This document shows, one piece after another, positions 17,389-20,000 of a stretch of 20,000 nt of DNA; the stretch's first letter is position 1; each line of letters opens with the position of its first letter. Location: contig JABIHA010000069.1 in assembly GCA_018649885.1 (NCBI GenBank), positions 53,977 through 73,976 on the forward strand, given 5' to 3'. The notes beneath the pieces are model-generated. The model saw only the letters and a list, made by a program, of their open reading frames with translations. It made no database searches and was not told the origin of the DNA. Both the position numbers and the translations under genes were made by a program. Source of the DNA: Bacteriovoracaceae bacterium (GTDB lineage Bacteria; Bdellovibrionota; Bacteriovoracia; Bacteriovoracales; Bacteriovoracaceae).

Positions 17389-18435
17389 CTAATATTTATC
17401 TGGTTCAACCAGGTTCATCTCATAGTGTTTTAGGCGCTCAATTACAGAAATTTCACCGTTCTTGGATAAGAAACCACATTCATTGGCACTGTATTTTGAA
17501 AACTTTGAATCAATTAGAGTTAATACTTCGACAATGACTCCTGACTCCTCAGGAAGCAATGTAAAGGTTGATTTTGTGGAAAGAGTTTTCTCCAAATCCA
17601 TTATTAAAGAATTTGTTTTAGCTGTATTCACAAAAAAAGATATGGCAAACCCTTTTGAATATAGATTCCCCATAGAGAAAATATCTTTTGTATTAGGCAT
17701 AGGGTAGAAGTTTTTTAGAATTCCTCCTCCGGCCCCTCCTCCTCCAGCTCTATCATAAGTGTCTGCAGACATTAGAATAAGGCCTACGGAACTTCCTTGA
17801 GCTATTTCAGCAGAAAGGCTACGCTCAGTTGAGGATTCTTTTTCTTTGCTTGATTCATCGCTAATATAATCCTCGTAAGTGATTTCTAGTGCCTCATCAC
17901 TTTGGCCGTTATGGTACAGTTTTGAGACAACAGAAGTCTGTTCACTAATCAAACTGTCAAAATTTCTCTTTTTAATTAATATTTCATGGCCTTGCTTTAT
18001 AAAAGAAAATGAAAAGGATTTCTTTAACTGTTTTCTTGTCCCTTTAACTTTAAGAAGGATTTGAATATGTGAAATATCTTTTTTTGATTTCACTTTGAAT
18101 TCATTCATTCCAATAGTTAAACGATACAATCTTCCCACCAGGCAATTTTTCACACATTTAAACTGAGGCGTAGAGTCAAAGTATAAAATTCTCGTTTTAT
18201 TTTTATTTATTTGAATTTGGTAGGCTCCTATGGAGATAATCCGTCCTAGACGTTGTAGCTCTTTTTGAGAGAACTTCACTACCAAATCGATATTTTCTTT
18301 TAAATGTGGATAAATAAAATATGACGAACTATTTTCACATTTAATTTGATCGCTTTCAGACCCAAAGATCATCACCTCTACAGGGAATGCTGAGCTCGAA
18401 ACAGTAATGAATAGAATTAAAAATAAGTATTTCAT
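17389..18435 (-). CDS. Secreted protein, paralog of 16399-17367
   Basis: Signal peptide; KLYHN...ITYEDYIS..S..S; TFTLLPEESGVI..LTL...Y...CG.L...G aligns without gaps to the neighbour. Confidence 0.55.
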   Translation of the reverse strand: MKYLFLILFITVSSSAFPVEVMIFGSESDQIKCENSSSYFIYPHLKENIDLVVKFSQKELQRLGRIISIGAYQIQINKNKTRILYFDSTPQFKCVKNCLVGRLYRLTIGMNEFKVKSKKDISHIQILLKVKGTRKQLKKSFSFSFIKQGHEILIKKRNFDSLISEQTSVVSKLYHNGQSDEALEITYEDYISDESSKEKESSTERSLSAEIAQGSSVGLILMSADTYDRAGGGGAGGGILKNFYPMPNTKDIFSMGNLYSKGFAISFFVNTAKTNSLIMDLEKTLSTKSTFTLLPEESGVIVEVLTLIDSKFSKYSANECGFLSKNGEISVIERLKHYEMNLVEPDKY

Positions 18436-19238
18436 AGATAACTCACCCTTATGGAATTTTTTACTATTTTTTCATATGAGGGGATTGCCAACATCTTTAA
18501 GGCAGTACTCAAGGCAATTAATAGTAAAAGGCTTAACGAATTTCTGTGTCTAATATAATATAAATCGTAAATGATCTTTTTTTCTGCGATTGAATCGTAT
18601 TCAGCAACAATTTGAGCAAGGCCTGTGATGCCAGGTTTAACTAATTCTCTATATTTGTAGCCATATACAATTTGATTGTAACTTAAAGTAAACTCTGGTC
18701 TTTCGGGTCTTGGCCCAATGAGATTCATATCAGATTTTAAGACATTAATTAATTGCGGGATTTCATCAAGATGTGTTTTTCTGAGAAATCGTCCAAACTC
18801 TGTTACCCTTGGATCTCCTTCCCAAGAAAGGACTGCACCCGTTTTTTCTTCTGCATCTGTATACATTGTTCTAAATTTAATGACTTTGAATATCTTGCCT
18901 TTTTTTCCAACTCTTTTTTGAGTGAAAAAAAGAGGAGCAGTTGGGTTATCAACTTTCATGGCAATCGCAATGATAATTGCGATCGGCAAAAATAGTAAGA
19001 AGAGAATGGTACTTGCCAATAACTGAATGTACTCTCCAGCCTTGACACTTAATTTCCTTTCTAGGTTTTTAGCCTCGGTCTTTAAAAAATTAGCATTTTC
19101 GATCACAGAGAGATTATGAAAAGTGGCATTTTCATCAATTCCAAATGCCTCCTCAAGAGATTCAAATCCTAATCCCACACCATTAAACTCTGAGCTATCA
19201 AGTTTTTTAAAACTTACCTGGTTTTCATTAAACATCAT
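18432..19238 (-). CDS. Bacterial sugar transferase (priming phosphoglycosyl transferase, WbaP/WcaJ catalytic domain)
   Basis: One hydrophobic helix; FFTQKRVGKKGK.F..IKFRTM, DPRVT..GRFLRKTHLDEIPQL.NV, GPRPE, VKPGITGLAQ, YDLYY. Confidence 0.95.
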   Translation of the reverse strand: MMFNENQVSFKKLDSSEFNGVGLGFESLEEAFGIDENATFHNLSVIENANFLKTEAKNLERKLSVKAGEYIQLLASTILFLLFLPIAIIIAIAMKVDNPTAPLFFTQKRVGKKGKIFKVIKFRTMYTDAEEKTGAVLSWEGDPRVTEFGRFLRKTHLDEIPQLINVLKSDMNLIGPRPERPEFTLSYNQIVYGYKYRELVKPGITGLAQIVAEYDSIAEKKIIYDLYYIRHRNSLSLLLLIALSTALKMLAIPSYEKIVKNSIRVSYL

Positions 19239-19401
19239 TTTTCTCTTTGTTGTGTTGTTTAAAGTATTTTTAATTTTTAGTTTTTTATAGCGAGGAAATG
19301 AAATTGTGTATGAGGGTTGTCAATTCTAAAATTGTCTTTTGCTTTCAATGTTTTTTATATTCCAAAAAAGCATGACCTAGCTTTGTTTAAGTATCAAACC
19401 A

Positions 19402-19425
19402 AGTTGGAGTTGGAGTTGGAGTTGG
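19402..19425. repeat. Hexamer SSR (AGTTGG)x4
   Basis: Four exact copies, read directly from the sequence. Confidence 0.9.
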
Positions 19426-19532
19426 TACAAGTTCACAATGATATTTTTGAGTACTAGCTTTTGTAACAAGTGAGAAAAGTTAACTCCAATTTTAATTTGA
19501 CCTTCCTCATAGCTCTGTTCAATAAGTGACGT

Positions 19533-19607
19533 TTAATTTGTTAATTTGTTAATTTGTTAATTTGTTAATTTGTTAATTTGTTAATTTGTTAATTTGTTAA
19601 TTTGTTA
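19533..19607. repeat. Octamer SSR (TTAATTTG)x9 plus TTA
   Basis: Nine exact copies counted, with ACGTT at both junctions. Confidence 0.95.
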
Positions 19608-19860
19608 CGTTGGGGAGTAATGGGATTTGTATTTTCGATTACTAGGTTTTTTGTACAAAATCATCAAGCTATAATCCAAAGAAAACCTTTTGAATTTAAT
19701 GTGTTAGTAAAGAGTTTACTCATGAGAAAAGTTTTGGACAAGAAAACTTAATGTTCAAAATGTAAAATATTCGAAAGTAAATATTAAATAATATGTCTGT
19801 GTTTTTTACACGGCTGATTTTCAACAGTTGACGTATTTTGAATACGTGTATAGTCAGTTG

Positions 19861-20000
19861 TGGATTGGACCCCATTTGAAGCTACCGATTGTTAGCTGAT
19901 TTTTGATACTCTAGTGGACTTTTCATTCCAAGTCCAGAATGCGGGGCCACACAATTATAATCTTTGAACCATTCAGGTAGCATTTTTAAAACTACCTTCG
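19861..20000 (-). mobile_element. Right end of an IS3-family (IS2-group) insertion sequence
   Basis: The terminus TGGATTGGACCCCATTTGAAG resembles the IS2 end TGGATTTGCCCC. The transposase tail stops 21 bp inside the end. Confidence 0.8.
19882..20000 (-). CDS. IS3-family transposase OrfB C-terminus (partial)
   Basis: Manual translation KVVLKMLPEWFKDYNCVAPHSGLGMKSPLEYQKSANNR* contains the IS3 signature W...YN...PHS.L...SP. Confidence 0.85.
   Translation of the reverse strand, partial: KVVLKMLPEWFKDYNCVAPHSGLGMKSPLEYQKSANNR

Noticed and set aside
19379..19530. Coding reading of the hexamer repeat (PTPT or QLQL)
   Set aside because: The frames are short and lack a convincing start or RBS.
19533..19607. 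Octamer array as CRISPR or replication iterons
   Set aside because: There are no spacers, the unit is too short, and no rep or cas gene is nearby.
19976..19998. AGGTAG/CTACCT hairpin as a terminator or ops element
   Set aside because: It lies inside the transposase coding tail and does not match the ops consensus GGCGGTAG.

Overview
AT-rich bacterial window. The gene content (paired DUF4360 proteins, an orphan GspE/PilB ATPase, a Cys-rich Crp/Fnr-type domain, many secreted proteins) suggests Bdellovibrionota/Bacteriovoracia; this taxonomy is an inference. The left half holds a partial REC-like/HD-GYP-like gene, a GspE/PilB ATPase, a GNAT, two paralogous structured ncRNA candidates (each behind a TGAAAC-N16-CGTA ECF-sigma-type promoter), a CycH C-terminal-like protein, two HTH-less cNMP-fold proteins, a heme-less bacterioferritin with a coupled partner, a SHOCT protein, an internally deleted outer-membrane beta-barrel pseudogene, a divergent DUF4360 pair and a CBS/metallothionein-like/PRTase operon. 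The right half holds a modular GH5 and a tightly coupled minus-strand operon: priming sugar transferase, two paralogous aerolysin/ETX-MTX2-like secreted proteins, GH44 and a secreted atypical-kinase-like protein. Upstream of this operon lie simple sequence repeats and the end of an IS3-family (IS2-group) element. The strongest novelty candidates are the 12.7-19.2 kb operon and the tandem sRNAs at 3.3-3.7 kb.
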